DNA from: Spirochaetaceae bacterium
Lineage (GTDB): Bacteria; Spirochaetota; Spirochaetia; PWKH01
Direction of reading: 5' to 3'
Assembly: GCA_003559765.1 (NCBI GenBank)
Contig: PWKH01000049.1
Span: 1 to 53,370 of the forward strand
DNA: 53,370 bases
In this document: positions 9,370 through 19,200 of the stretch, piece by piece
Numbering within the stretch: the first letter of the stretch is position 1
How the letters are laid out: each line of letters starts with the position of its first letter
Notes under the pieces: generated by a model
Seen by the model: only the letters and a program-made list of their open reading frames with translations
Databases searched by the model: none
Told to the model about the DNA's origin: nothing
Program-made: the position numbers and the translations under genes

Positions 9370-10413
9370 CTACTCGCAGGTAAGCAGGATTTTGAAGCCG
9401 GCTTTGCTGATCATGGCGTCAAACGCCTGCTGCCAGTCCCGGAGCTTGAACACCGGTCCGATGAGAGGAGCGGCACGGACCTGTTTCTGCTCCAGCAGCT
9501 CCAGCGCCTTCTCCCAGGAAGTCCACTCAGAGGCAAAACTGTTGGTGATGTGCACTTCCTTCATCAGAGCCAGGTCCATGTCGAAGCGGATGGGCTTTCC
9601 GTAGAGACCGAGCTGTCCGAAATACCCGGTTTTCATCACCGTCTTCAGGCACAGTTCAGCGGAGGCTTCCGCCCCGGCGCACTCAAACACCGCATCATAG
9701 CCCCTGCCGCAGGTAAGCTCTTCTGACCGGGCGGCAGCGTCCTCCCGGTCGACGGTGATCGTCTCCCATGCCCCCAGTTCCTTCGCCAGATCAAGGCGGC
9801 TGCGGTCCTCAGCTATGCCGGCTACAACCGTCCGGGCGCCGCAGGACCGGGCAGTCTGCTGGGCAAGCTGACCGATGATGCCCGGCCCGGAGATCAGCAC
9901 TGTATCTCCTGCGGTGACTCTGCCCCGCTCAATAACACCCCGGACAACACAGGCAAGAGGTTCGCAGAGCACCGCCTCATCCAGGGTTACGCCCTCGGGG
10001 ACGGAGAAGCTCAGGGAGGCGGGGACCTTGATGTACCTGGTGAACGCTCCGTCCACCCCGGATCCGATGGACCGACGGCTGCTGCACAGCATCAGCAGGC
10101 CCTGCCTGCAGTACCGGCAGGCCCCGCATGTCTTCACTGCCGTCATGGATACGACCCGGTCTCCAGGAGCGAACCCCTGCACGGAAGGACCGACTGCTTC
10201 AACTACTCCGCTGAACTCATGTCCCAGGGTAACCGGAGGTCTGCTGGGGTATTCATTTCGCATGATGTGAATGTCTGAGCCGCAGATGCCTGCAGCATGA
10301 ACCCTGACCAGCAGATCGTCCTTCTCCGGCTCAGGAAGGGAAACTTCCTCCGCCGCAAGGGTTGTGCTCTCCGGGAGTGTTTTCCTGAGAGCCGGCATTG
10401 TCTTCTCCGTCAT
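9370..10413 (-). CDS. Zn-dependent MDR dehydrogenase (sugar alcohol/sugar acid dehydrogenase-like)
   Basis: GICGSD, GHEFSG, structural-Zn CGACRYC...C and GPGIIG; ATG 10413 after AAGGAGG. Confidence 0.92.
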   Translation of the reverse strand: MTEKTMPALRKTLPESTTLAAEEVSLPEPEKDDLLVRVHAAGICGSDIHIMRNEYPSRPPVTLGHEFSGVVEAVGPSVQGFAPGDRVVSMTAVKTCGACRYCRQGLLMLCSSRRSIGSGVDGAFTRYIKVPASLSFSVPEGVTLDEAVLCEPLACVVRGVIERGRVTAGDTVLISGPGIIGQLAQQTARSCGARTVVAGIAEDRSRLDLAKELGAWETITVDREDAAARSEELTCGRGYDAVFECAGAEASAELCLKTVMKTGYFGQLGLYGKPIRFDMDLALMKEVHITNSFASEWTSWEKALELLEQKQVRAAPLIGPVFKLRDWQQAFDAMISKAGFKILLTCE

Positions 10414-10474
10414 AGAGCGGCATCCTCCTTGTGAAGTAAACTCAAATGTATCAGAGCCAGAAGCTGCGGTCAAT

Positions 10475-11740
10475 CTAGAACAGGAGGATGATGAGGTATC
10501 GGTACACCAGACCGGAGAGTGTCATCAGCACAGCGGCGGGAAAAATTTCCCAGAGGATTCCCGCCAGCTGTGTTTTGTAGTACTCGCAGGTGACGATCAG
10601 ACAGACATGGAGGGGCGAGAGAATGGTGCCCATGAATCCGCAGACATAGGCAAGGACGACATGTCCCATAAGAATTCCCGCGGCGGGATCAGAGCCGAGG
10701 AGGGCGACAACAACCGGCATGGTGGAACCGACAAATCCGATTGAGACCCCCATGGTCAGTCCTGCCACAAAGGGAAGTATCATGATCAGCGACAGGGGCG
10801 GGATTCCGAATTCCGCCAGTTCGGCAGTCATAATCTGGGCAACAGAGGATCCCATGATATCTGCCTCAATGTATGCCCCGTAGATTCTCACCATGTAGAT
10901 CACCAGGATGTTGGCGGCAAGTTTTCTCGACCAGATCAGCGATTTCCAGGATGCCTGATCAAGGGGGGAGATCCGCTGCAGCACGATGATTGCCGCGCAC
11001 AGGGATATGAACATGGGAAGATACTGGTTGGTCTGGGAAAGTTCGGGGAAGAGTGTCTGGATGGCTGCGTACCCGGCAACCACGACGGTCACAGGAACCA
11101 GCGGCGTCAGGCTTATCCGATGGGAGGGATCCTTGGCATGGTGTCCCCGAGGTATAGTCCTGAGAAACAGCAGATATCCGAATAAAACCGAGAGGACCAT
11201 AGGAACCGCCCCGAAGGCCGCAAAGGTCAGCAGACTGACTCCGGCAATGTCGGCGGCGAGAATGACCGCAGGATACAGCGGCCAGCCGTACTCCCAGATA
11301 TGGCGGAACCAGTAGTTTATCGTTGTCTTGATGTGCTGGTTCACCCCTTCGGTATCGTCAAAGGTGTCAAGCAGCGGGGCGGAGAACAGAGCTCCCCCGG
11401 GCATAGGCAGGAGTCCGATGATTGCCGGCAGCACCGCCATGGAGGCCTTGGTGGAAATCTTGGCTTTCATACTGGTAACCATCGATTCCATCAGGCCGGT
11501 TCTGCCCATCTGTCCAGACAGAATAATCACCAGTGCGACAATTCCCAGGAGGGTGATGTTGCTGGTGTCTAAGGTCCTTTCAACGGCTATCTGCATCGTT
11601 CCGGCCAGTCCCTGGCCGGACCAGAAACTGAAAAGGACTGCACCGCAGAGCAGTGCGGCAAAGAGGTTCCTGGTGATCCGGTTCACGATGATGATCAGCA
11701 GCAACGAAATTAACAGTTTGGCCAGCAGGGGGAGTTCCAT
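10475..11740 (-). CDS. DUF401 family integral membrane protein (putative transporter)
   Basis: PAIIGLLPMPGGALFSAP, NYWFRHIWEY.WPLYP, G..LSPLH.CL motifs; many TM segments; start re-assigned to ATG 11740. Confidence 0.85.
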   Translation of the reverse strand: MELPLLAKLLISLLLIIIVNRITRNLFAALLCGAVLFSFWSGQGLAGTMQIAVERTLDTSNITLLGIVALVIILSGQMGRTGLMESMVTSMKAKISTKASMAVLPAIIGLLPMPGGALFSAPLLDTFDDTEGVNQHIKTTINYWFRHIWEYGWPLYPAVILAADIAGVSLLTFAAFGAVPMVLSVLFGYLLFLRTIPRGHHAKDPSHRISLTPLVPVTVVVAGYAAIQTLFPELSQTNQYLPMFISLCAAIIVLQRISPLDQASWKSLIWSRKLAANILVIYMVRIYGAYIEADIMGSSVAQIMTAELAEFGIPPLSLIMILPFVAGLTMGVSIGFVGSTMPVVVALLGSDPAAGILMGHVVLAYVCGFMGTILSPLHVCLIVTCEYYKTQLAGILWEIFPAAVLMTLSGLVYRYLIILLF

Positions 11741-11819
11741 AGGGCGGAGTATACCGAGTTCATCGAGTTTGTGCAATAAAACGGTTGCAGACAGCAGTTC
11801 CCACCGCTATGATGAAATC
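11741..11819. promoter_or_regulatory. Back-to-back divergent promoters, both apparently leaderless
   Basis: Minus: TTGCAC(11776-71)-17-TATACT(11753-48)-7-ATG. Plus: TTGCAG(11785-90)-17-TATGAT(11808-13)-6-ATG. No SD before either ATG. Confidence 0.75.
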
Positions 11820-12452
11820 ATGAAAGGGATGCACCAGGGTATGAGCAGAGAGCTTCTGAGGAAGCTCCTGCATATGACCGTGCTTGCTGTCCTGCCGTTG
11901 TTGGATCATGCAGTGTGGGCGGCGTTTCTGCTGCTGTGCATCGGCGGGGTAGTCTATATGATCAGTGAACAGATCCGGCTTGAGCGGATCAATGAACACA
12001 AGCTTCCGGTCAGGTGGTTCGCCTGGGGCATCCGGCGTATACAGCTGGTAACCGTCAGGCTGTCGAGGAACTATGAATCCGACGATATTGTCTGGGCGCC
12101 GGTCACCCTGGCAGTGGGGGCGCTGCTCACGATGATGCTCTTTCCGCCCGCCGTTGCTGCTGTCGGCATTCTCTGCCTGGCATTCGGGGATACCGCTGCG
12201 CTGATTGCCGGGCGCACCCTCGAAGGCCCTCTCCTTCCCCTTTCCGGGGAGAAGCATCTTTCCGGCATGATTGCCTGCTGGGCAGTCTGCTCACTGATTG
12301 TCTGGCTGAAGACGGGAAATATTGCCGCTGCAGTACTGGCCGGTGCGGCAGGATCATGCGCTGAAGCTGTCCAGATGCAGAATATCGACAACATCCTCCT
12401 GCCGCTGAGCACGGCCTATGTACTTGAACTGACGGTTTATTTCACCGGTTAG
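11820..12452 (+). CDS. SEC59/DGK1/VTE5-like (phytol/dolichol/diacylglycerol kinase or cytidylyltransferase-like) membrane protein
   Basis: LRKLLHM, FGDTAALIAG, GEKHLSG, DNILLP motifs; the ORF-track start at 11328 is an antisense extension. Confidence 0.8.
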   Translation: MKGMHQGMSRELLRKLLHMTVLAVLPLLDHAVWAAFLLLCIGGVVYMISEQIRLERINEHKLPVRWFAWGIRRIQLVTVRLSRNYESDDIVWAPVTLAVGALLTMMLFPPAVAAVGILCLAFGDTAALIAGRTLEGPLLPLSGEKHLSGMIACWAVCSLIVWLKTGNIAAAVLAGAAGSCAEAVQMQNIDNILLPLSTAYVLELTVYFTG

Positions 12453-13243
12453 GACCACATGTATTCCCGGTAGATCATAGTGCTGTAGAGCAGCGTTCCT
12501 GAGAAAATGCACAACGGTCCTGCGATGACTGCTGCCGGATGGGGAATGAAGTACAGTTCGTTACCAGCAAGGACCACGGCCATGCCGAGGGATGCGGCAA
12601 GGTAATATCGGCTCTGCACCCTGATGCCGGCGGCAATGAAGTTGCATACCCCGAGCACGCACAGCATCCTGATGAACAGCGGCAGCGCCTCTGATGACAG
12701 CTGCTGAGTATAGGGAAAGGCTGTGAGCATCTGACGGGTGTCAATCGGGATCAGGAGTATCATAGACAGCGTTCCCGCTGCCGCAATTACAAAGAAGGTA
12801 TGCTGCTTCAGGTTGGGGATACCGTTGGGAAAAAGTCCAGCAAGAAAGAAAAACACCGCCCCCAGGCACCAGAAGAAGTAGAAGAGTCTGAGGAAAAACT
12901 GCGCATAGGGAGCAGGATATCCCGCAAGCAGCAGGACCGGGGGAAAATTCAGAATACCGATTCCTGCAAAACTGAGCAGACCGAAGATGAAGAAGGTAAA
13001 CTCCGGATAATTCGACTTTCTGAGAAAAAAGGAGATTCCGGCGCCGCTTCCCAGCAGGACCAGTGCGTGTACCGCCGTAGAAATGATCCGCAGCGGCAGG
13101 GTTCGGGGAAAGGTGCTCAGGGGAGTGTTCAGAGAGCTGATCTCGTCGATAAGGGGGAGGGAGAACACCATCAGCACCACCACTGAGGCCAGAGCGAAGA
13201 GCGTCAGCATGATGGTGAAGACCATCCGTTCAGTTCTGCTCAT
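12449..13243 (-). CDS. Hypothetical polytopic membrane protein
   Basis: 264-aa ORF with about 7-8 hydrophobic segments, GGAGAAG upstream, 18 nt after the symporter gene; no family recognised. Confidence 0.75.
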   Translation of the reverse strand: MSRTERMVFTIMLTLFALASVVVLMVFSLPLIDEISSLNTPLSTFPRTLPLRIISTAVHALVLLGSGAGISFFLRKSNYPEFTFFIFGLLSFAGIGILNFPPVLLLAGYPAPYAQFFLRLFYFFWCLGAVFFFLAGLFPNGIPNLKQHTFFVIAAAGTLSMILLIPIDTRQMLTAFPYTQQLSSEALPLFIRMLCVLGVCNFIAAGIRVQSRYYLAASLGMAVVLAGNELYFIPHPAAVIAGPLCIFSGTLLYSTMIYREYMWS

Positions 13244-13261
13244 AGTTCTTCTCCGTGCAGA

Positions 13262-14458
13262 TCACTGCATATCCTTCCAGCTGGTCTCCAGTTCCGCATC
13301 AAGTTTCTGGGCGGTGAAGCCGGTGCCCATGCCGCTGATCATGATGTCCACGGAGGCGGCCGCGCCCTGGAGCAGCAGGGAGGCTGCTGCGGTACCTGCC
13401 GCAATTTCTGCGGGAATCTGAAATGCTGTGAGCACCAGCATCACCGAGAAGGGAAGCTCAAAACCCGGAACAAACACCGCAAGGAACGAGACGGCGACGG
13501 ACAGTCCCCCCGCTGCAGCGGCAAGCAGTACCGGATTTGCCTCACCTCCGTAGCCGGAAATGACGGAGACTGAGATGATTGCGGTGACCATGGCAGTACC
13601 GCCGCGGCCGGCAATCATATACCAGGGGATGGTCAGGGAGGATACCGATCTTGCCGCCCCGACATTCGTCCGGGCATGGCCGTAGAGCGGAAGAATCCCC
13701 AGGAGGTACTTCCCTGAAATCCCTGCGGCCAGATAGGGAGCGGCCAGGGATATCAGCCAGCGGTACGGGTGCCTTCGGGAGCACAGGATCATGGCGATCA
13801 GCGGGAGCATCAGCAGTACTGCGATCAGTGAGCTCAGCAGCACCACCAGCAGCAGCACATACTCCTGGCTGACCAGAGAGATGTCCCGATGCTGCAGCAC
13901 CATGGCGCTTGTGAAGGCAATGATCCCGAGGGTGAGCAGTTCAGAAGCGCACCGGGAGATGCGGAAGAACACCTCACCGAAGGAATTTACCGCCTGGTAA
14001 CCCTGGATGTAGCGCTCGTCCCCCGGCTGAAGGGCCAGCCCGATGATCAGTCCTGAAACCAGCACCAGCCAGATCGGCAGGTGTGAGAGCTGCAGCGCTG
14101 ATGTCAGGGAATTCAGGGGAGAGAACTCAGGCGCTGCCCCGGCAAACTGAGGCAGAACCGTCGGGGCAGCAACCTGATAGGCGATCACCCCTGCCAAAAG
14201 CACCAGCAGCAGATGAGTTGCGGCGCTCCACAGCAGCGACCATTTCAGCAGCCGGGTGATCTGGCGCTGACGCTTAACAAAGGCGGCTGCAGATGCGGCG
14301 GTGAAAAACACCAGGGGATAGAGCACCCAGGGGAGCGCAAGGGAGAACACCCGGGTAAGGGGATGCACCCACTCGATCTGATCGCTGAAATAGGGTATAT
14401 ATTCAATATACAGATATCCGACTGCAAAAGCCAGGAGGTACTTGATCCAGAGTTTCAT
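13262..14458 (-). CDS. Dicarboxylate/amino acid:cation symporter (DAACS) family protein, degenerate motifs
   Basis: Family-like topology (LVYPLVFF-like segment, G..GLAL, G.GTAM), but the NMDG, serine-rich and TM8 motifs are altered; start re-assigned to ATG 14458. Confidence 0.7.
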   Translation of the reverse strand: MKLWIKYLLAFAVGYLYIEYIPYFSDQIEWVHPLTRVFSLALPWVLYPLVFFTAASAAAFVKRQRQITRLLKWSLLWSAATHLLLVLLAGVIAYQVAAPTVLPQFAGAAPEFSPLNSLTSALQLSHLPIWLVLVSGLIIGLALQPGDERYIQGYQAVNSFGEVFFRISRCASELLTLGIIAFTSAMVLQHRDISLVSQEYVLLLVVLLSSLIAVLLMLPLIAMILCSRRHPYRWLISLAAPYLAAGISGKYLLGILPLYGHARTNVGAARSVSSLTIPWYMIAGRGGTAMVTAIISVSVISGYGGEANPVLLAAAAGGLSVAVSFLAVFVPGFELPFSVMLVLTAFQIPAEIAAGTAAASLLLQGAAASVDIMISGMGTGFTAQKLDAELETSWKDMQ

Positions 14459-14534
14459 GCAGAATAGAGTATCTGAAGGGTATCGAGAAGTCAATTGACG
14501 AACCCCGGACAATCCACAGGATAAGGAAGATACG
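14459..14534. promoter_or_regulatory. Divergent promoters sharing the palindrome GTCAATTGAC as both -35 elements
   Basis: Minus: TTGACT-17-TACTCT-7-ATG(14458). Plus: TTGACG at 14495-14500 toward nadE (its -10 is unclear). Palindrome at 14490-14499. Confidence 0.6.
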
Positions 14535-16202
14535 ATGAAAATTGCCCTCGGACAGATAAACACTACGGTAGCGGATTTCACGGGAAACACCGATGCAATA
14601 TGTGAAGCCGCACGGAAGGCGCAGCAGCAGGGAGCCGACATGGTCGTCTTTCCGGAACTCTCCGTCTGCGGGTATCCTCCGCTGGATCTGCTGGCCTATC
14701 GGTGGTTTATAGACGCCCAGCAGGAAGCCGTCAGCCGGCTGTGCCGGCTGCTACCGGCGGATATCGCCGTGGTGGTCGGGTTCGCAGAGGAAAGTCCGAA
14801 GCAGACGGGGAAGCCGCTGTACAATCAGGCGGCAGTGCTGTACCAGGGCAGGATCATCCACCGGCAGGCGAAGACCCTGCTGCCGTCCTATGACGTCTTT
14901 GACGAGCCCAGGTATTTCGAGCCGGCAGAAAGCCGGCGCACCTTCCGGTTCAAGGGGCGGACCATCGGGCTGGTGCTGTGTGAGGATATCTGGGTAGCGG
15001 GAATGGGAGATCTGCTTCGCTCCTACCCCTGCGATCCCGTCTCGGAACTTGCAGATCAGGGGGCGGAACTCATTATCGGGATATCGGCATCACCCTTTCA
15101 GAAGGGAAAGCAGCATCTGCGGCAGGAGCTGATCGATTCCATCTGCCGCACCCGAGGAGTAGATATGGTGTACGTCAATGCCGTCGGGGCGAATGACTCA
15201 CTCATTTTTGACGGGCGGTCCATGGCTGCCCGCAGGGATACCGGGGTGCATCATGTCTGCCGGGCCTTTGAGGAGGATCTGCATATCATCAATCCGGACG
15301 CAGTCTCTGAGCCTCCTGTACAGCGGCTGAAAGTCCGTTTTCTGGAGGATCTGGAGCAGGCTCTCGTGCTCGGACTTCGGGACTATATGCGGAAGTCCGG
15401 CTTCAGCCGGGTGAACATCGGTCTTTCCGGGGGAATTGATTCAGCTCTGGTCGCCGTCCTTGCCTGCAGGGCCCTGGGGCCTGGGCAGGTGCACTGCATT
15501 GCTCTTCCCTCCCGGTACTCCAGCAGTCACAGCCTGGAGGACGCCCGGACGCTGGCGGAGAACCTCAAGGCGGGGTATGAGGAGATATCGATTGAACCGA
15601 TGTTTGACGCAGCCCTCTCAAGCCTTGCTGAGAGCTTTGCCGGGAAACAGCCGGATGTAACCGAAGAGAATATCCAGGCGCGCATCCGGGGCGTGCTGCT
15701 GATGGCCTGGTCGAACAAGATGGGTTCGCTGCTGCTGACTACGGGAAACAAATCCGAGGCGGCAGTGGGATACTGCACCCTCTACGGCGACATGAACGGA
15801 GCGGTTGCCGTCATTGCCGATGTGCTCAAAACCGAGGTGTTCGCCCTGTGCAGGCACATCAACGAACAGGCAGGATGGGATCTTATTCCGAGAAACATCC
15901 TTGAGAAGCCCCCCTCTGCGGAGCTTCGCCATGATCAGCGGGACCAGAATTCCCTGCCGCCCTATGAGCAGCTCGACGAGATTCTTGAGATGCACCTGAT
16001 TGCATGCAGATCACCCGGAGAAATAGCTGAGGCAGGGCACGACCCGCAGACGGTTGCCCGGATCATCAAGCTTGTTGAGACAAGCGAGTACAAGCGCCGT
16101 CAGTCGGCGCTTGTACTGAAGGTAACCGCAAAGGCCTTCGGACTGGGAAGAAGAATACCCGTCGTCCGGAGGATCCCGGAGACGGAGCTACCCTTCCGCT
16201 GA
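14535..16202 (+). CDS. nadE: Glutamine-dependent NAD+ synthetase
   Basis: CN-hydrolase E-K-C triad (FPEL, KTLLP, LCED) fused to a synthetase domain (SGGIDS, ENIQAR, TGNKSE, GYCTLYGD, PPSAEL). Confidence 0.96.
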   Translation: MKIALGQINTTVADFTGNTDAICEAARKAQQQGADMVVFPELSVCGYPPLDLLAYRWFIDAQQEAVSRLCRLLPADIAVVVGFAEESPKQTGKPLYNQAAVLYQGRIIHRQAKTLLPSYDVFDEPRYFEPAESRRTFRFKGRTIGLVLCEDIWVAGMGDLLRSYPCDPVSELADQGAELIIGISASPFQKGKQHLRQELIDSICRTRGVDMVYVNAVGANDSLIFDGRSMAARRDTGVHHVCRAFEEDLHIINPDAVSEPPVQRLKVRFLEDLEQALVLGLRDYMRKSGFSRVNIGLSGGIDSALVAVLACRALGPGQVHCIALPSRYSSSHSLEDARTLAENLKAGYEEISIEPMFDAALSSLAESFAGKQPDVTEENIQARIRGVLLMAWSNKMGSLLLTTGNKSEAAVGYCTLYGDMNGAVAVIADVLKTEVFALCRHINEQAGWDLIPRNILEKPPSAELRHDQRDQNSLPPYEQLDEILEMHLIACRSPGEIAEAGHDPQTVARIIKLVETSEYKRRQSALVLKVTAKAFGLGRRIPVVRRIPETELPFR

Positions 16203-19200
16203 TTCCAGCAGCCGGGACACCTGGTAGGCTGAGCCCGGTTCAAGGGTGTACCAGAGATACAGGATCGAGAACACCTGCCTTCGGGCTTTCTGGTCCTCCC
16301 TGGAGTTCAGCAGATAGACCAGTCCGAGGAGCACCAGGGCTTCCTGAAAGGACTCCCGGTGGAACCACTGAATGTCGTTATGCCAGTTGCAGCCGGTATA
16401 CTCCCGGAACAGCTGATCTGAAAACAGCTCCTCCAGCAGCTGTCTCGGCGAGGCGTCCGGCTGTTCAAGCTTGCCCGTCCACTGACCGAAGCGGATGAAG
16501 AACTCAGCCCCCCGAAGCACGTGTTCCTGCTCTTCCGGGATTACCCCTGCCTCGGCCAGGGGCTGATCGAATACCGACTGCAGCAGCAGGGGCGCTGTCC
16601 AGGCTTTCTGAGTCCCCCCCGGTACCGCCTTTGCTATGGGAAGCGTAATCACCGCTGCGGTGATCACTGCAGGCAGTTCCGGCATTACCTGGAGGGAGGA
16701 CCGGATGAAGGTCTCCAGGGGATTGCGGGAACGGGAAATGCGGGAGAAGGTTCCCGACAGGCTGTCGATGGTCTCCAGCAGATGTCTGAGGGCCGCCTGG
16801 GGCAGCTGCGGCGGAAGGACGGAATGCTCGTCTGCCTTGAATTCCGTATTCCAGGTGCGCAGAAGCCCCCGGTAGAGTGCAAGCCACCGCTGCTTGATCC
16901 CGTCGAGGACCGTAGTATTCCCCTCCATGAGCTGTCTGATCAGCACCAGCTGATCAGGTTCCACAAAGGGGGATATCCAGTCATGGATCGGACGCAGCCG
17001 AAGCAGGGCCAGCTCATGCTCGAAGTTCGGCGTCCCCCGGCCCTGGAGCAGCCCCGCCAGCTCGTGATAGAGTCCCTGGGTGTCGGTGACCTCCCGGAAG
17101 TCGAGGTATATCTGGGTCTCATACCCTCTCAGTTCTGCATACATTCCTCTGGTGCGTATTTCCAGGGAGGAGCGCAGGTAGGTGAGCCTGCGGATCGGTT
17201 CCCGGAATATAACATAGCAGTGGGAATTCCGGGATGCCCCCAGCGCATCGGCAAGCGTCTCAGTACGGTGAACCGGCTGCCCGCCGTTCTTGTCCAGGAA
17301 GGGAGCGGATTCGCTGAACCAGCCGGCGGTGCGCTCATAGGCGTTGTTGTAGATTACTAATGCCCGCTGGGAGGCCAGTGAGTTGGTGTAGGCGTACACA
17401 TGCTCGTTTACGCCGTTGTGGGTGAAAAAGTCGTAGATTCTGAAGCGGGAAGCCTCAGCAAACAGCGCCCGCAGCTTGAGCAGCGGGAAAATCCTGCGGT
17501 AGTGCTCGTCCACCAGGTGCTGATCCGGCTTCTCGTTCCAGTAGGCCTTGGTGTACTCCATGCCGTACTTCTCCCGGTACCCCTCAATCTGTCCGTGGCC
17601 GAACATCGGCAGTCCCGGCATGGTGACCAGCAGGGTGGTCACCCCGAAGTACTTATCACCGTCGCCGAACTGCTCAACGGCAGTGTCCTCATCAGGGTTG
17701 TTCATGAAGTTGACAAACCGCTTGAGAATCTCCGGATCGAAACTGAGGGTACGCTTCACCATGTTCCGGTATTTCTCATCCTCCTCAAGCTTGAGCATGT
17801 TCATGAAGGCGCTGTTGTAGACCCGGTGCATCCCCAGGGTGCGGACAAAGTAGCCTTCCATCATCCAGAAGGCCTCCGCCAGCAGCAGCGTGTCCGGTGC
17901 CTCAGCGGCAACCCGGTCCACCACCTCCCGCCAGAACTCAGCCGGAATTGCCCGGTGGAACTCCGCATCGGGCATTCCGTAGGCGGACCGCCCCGGGATG
18001 TCCCCGCCCTGGCCGGGCTTCGGGTACCACAGCCGCTGGATATGCCGTTTTGCCAGGGTCATGGCTGCATCAAACCGGATGATCGGAAAGTTCTTTGCCA
18101 CATGAATGATGGTGCGTATCACCGTCTCCCGGGTCTGGGGATTGAGGTAGTCAAGCTGAGCGGTGTCATTCCAGGGGGTGGAGGTGCCGTCATTCCCGTG
18201 ATAGATATAGCGCACATCGCCGGTACGGTGGTTCACTCGCTTGCAGGTGACTGCGGCGTCGGTGCGGTCGTAGTAGTGATCTTCAATGCACACTTCCACA
18301 TCCCCGATTCGGCAGACCCCTTCGCTTTCATACCGATAGGAGGGGAAGGGCGGTTCTGATTCCTGCAGAAACAGTTCCGGCTGACTGATCATCCAGTCCG
18401 AGTCCAGCCCGGTGTGGTTGGGCACCATGTCGCTGGCCAGCCGAATCCCGCGGCTGGTGCATCGGTATCGGAGGGTGTCGAGGGCCTGCCACCCGCCCAG
18501 GGAATCAGCGATGTCATAGCGCTTGAGGGAGTATGCCGAAGCTTCTGCCTCAGGGTTGCCGCAGCGGTGCTTGATTATTCTGGAAGCGGTGCTTCGCTCC
18601 CATAACCCGATGAGCCAGAGTGCGGTGAATCCCCGGTCAGCCAGCAGATCAAGCTCCTGGTCGGGAATCTCATCAAGTCTGGTGATCGGGCGGCCGTACT
18701 GCTTCGACAGCTGATCAAGCCATACCAGGGCGCTTTTTGCAAGCATCACCACCCGGGGCATCCAGTTGGAGTCCAGGCTGAACTGCTCGGCTTCCATACC
18801 GAAGCCGCTGTAGTCAGGCCCGTGAATCTCCCCCCGTCCCGGGCCGAAGGACGGCCTGGTCTCCTCCTTGATGTAGTCAACTGCACGCAGCAGCTCTTCT
18901 GCCAGGTCCGGGATCAGATCCCGCCAGTGGTCCTGGATGAACAGCAGCTGCTTGGTCAGGTCATGAGGATACCTGCGGGCCGGCTCAAGCAGAAAGTCCG
19001 GCAGGGACTTCCCCGATGAATCTACCGGAGGCAGCGAGCCGAGGAAGTCGAACAGCCGGTTGACCAGGGAATAATAGGAGGCGTGCTTCCGCAGGGGGGC
19101 GTCATCATAGAAAAAATCAAGGGATTCAGTCAGGGCGGGGTTCAGCCGGGCAACGGCAGTCAGCAGCAGATGTTCAAGCGCGCGGGACTGCGTTATCCGG

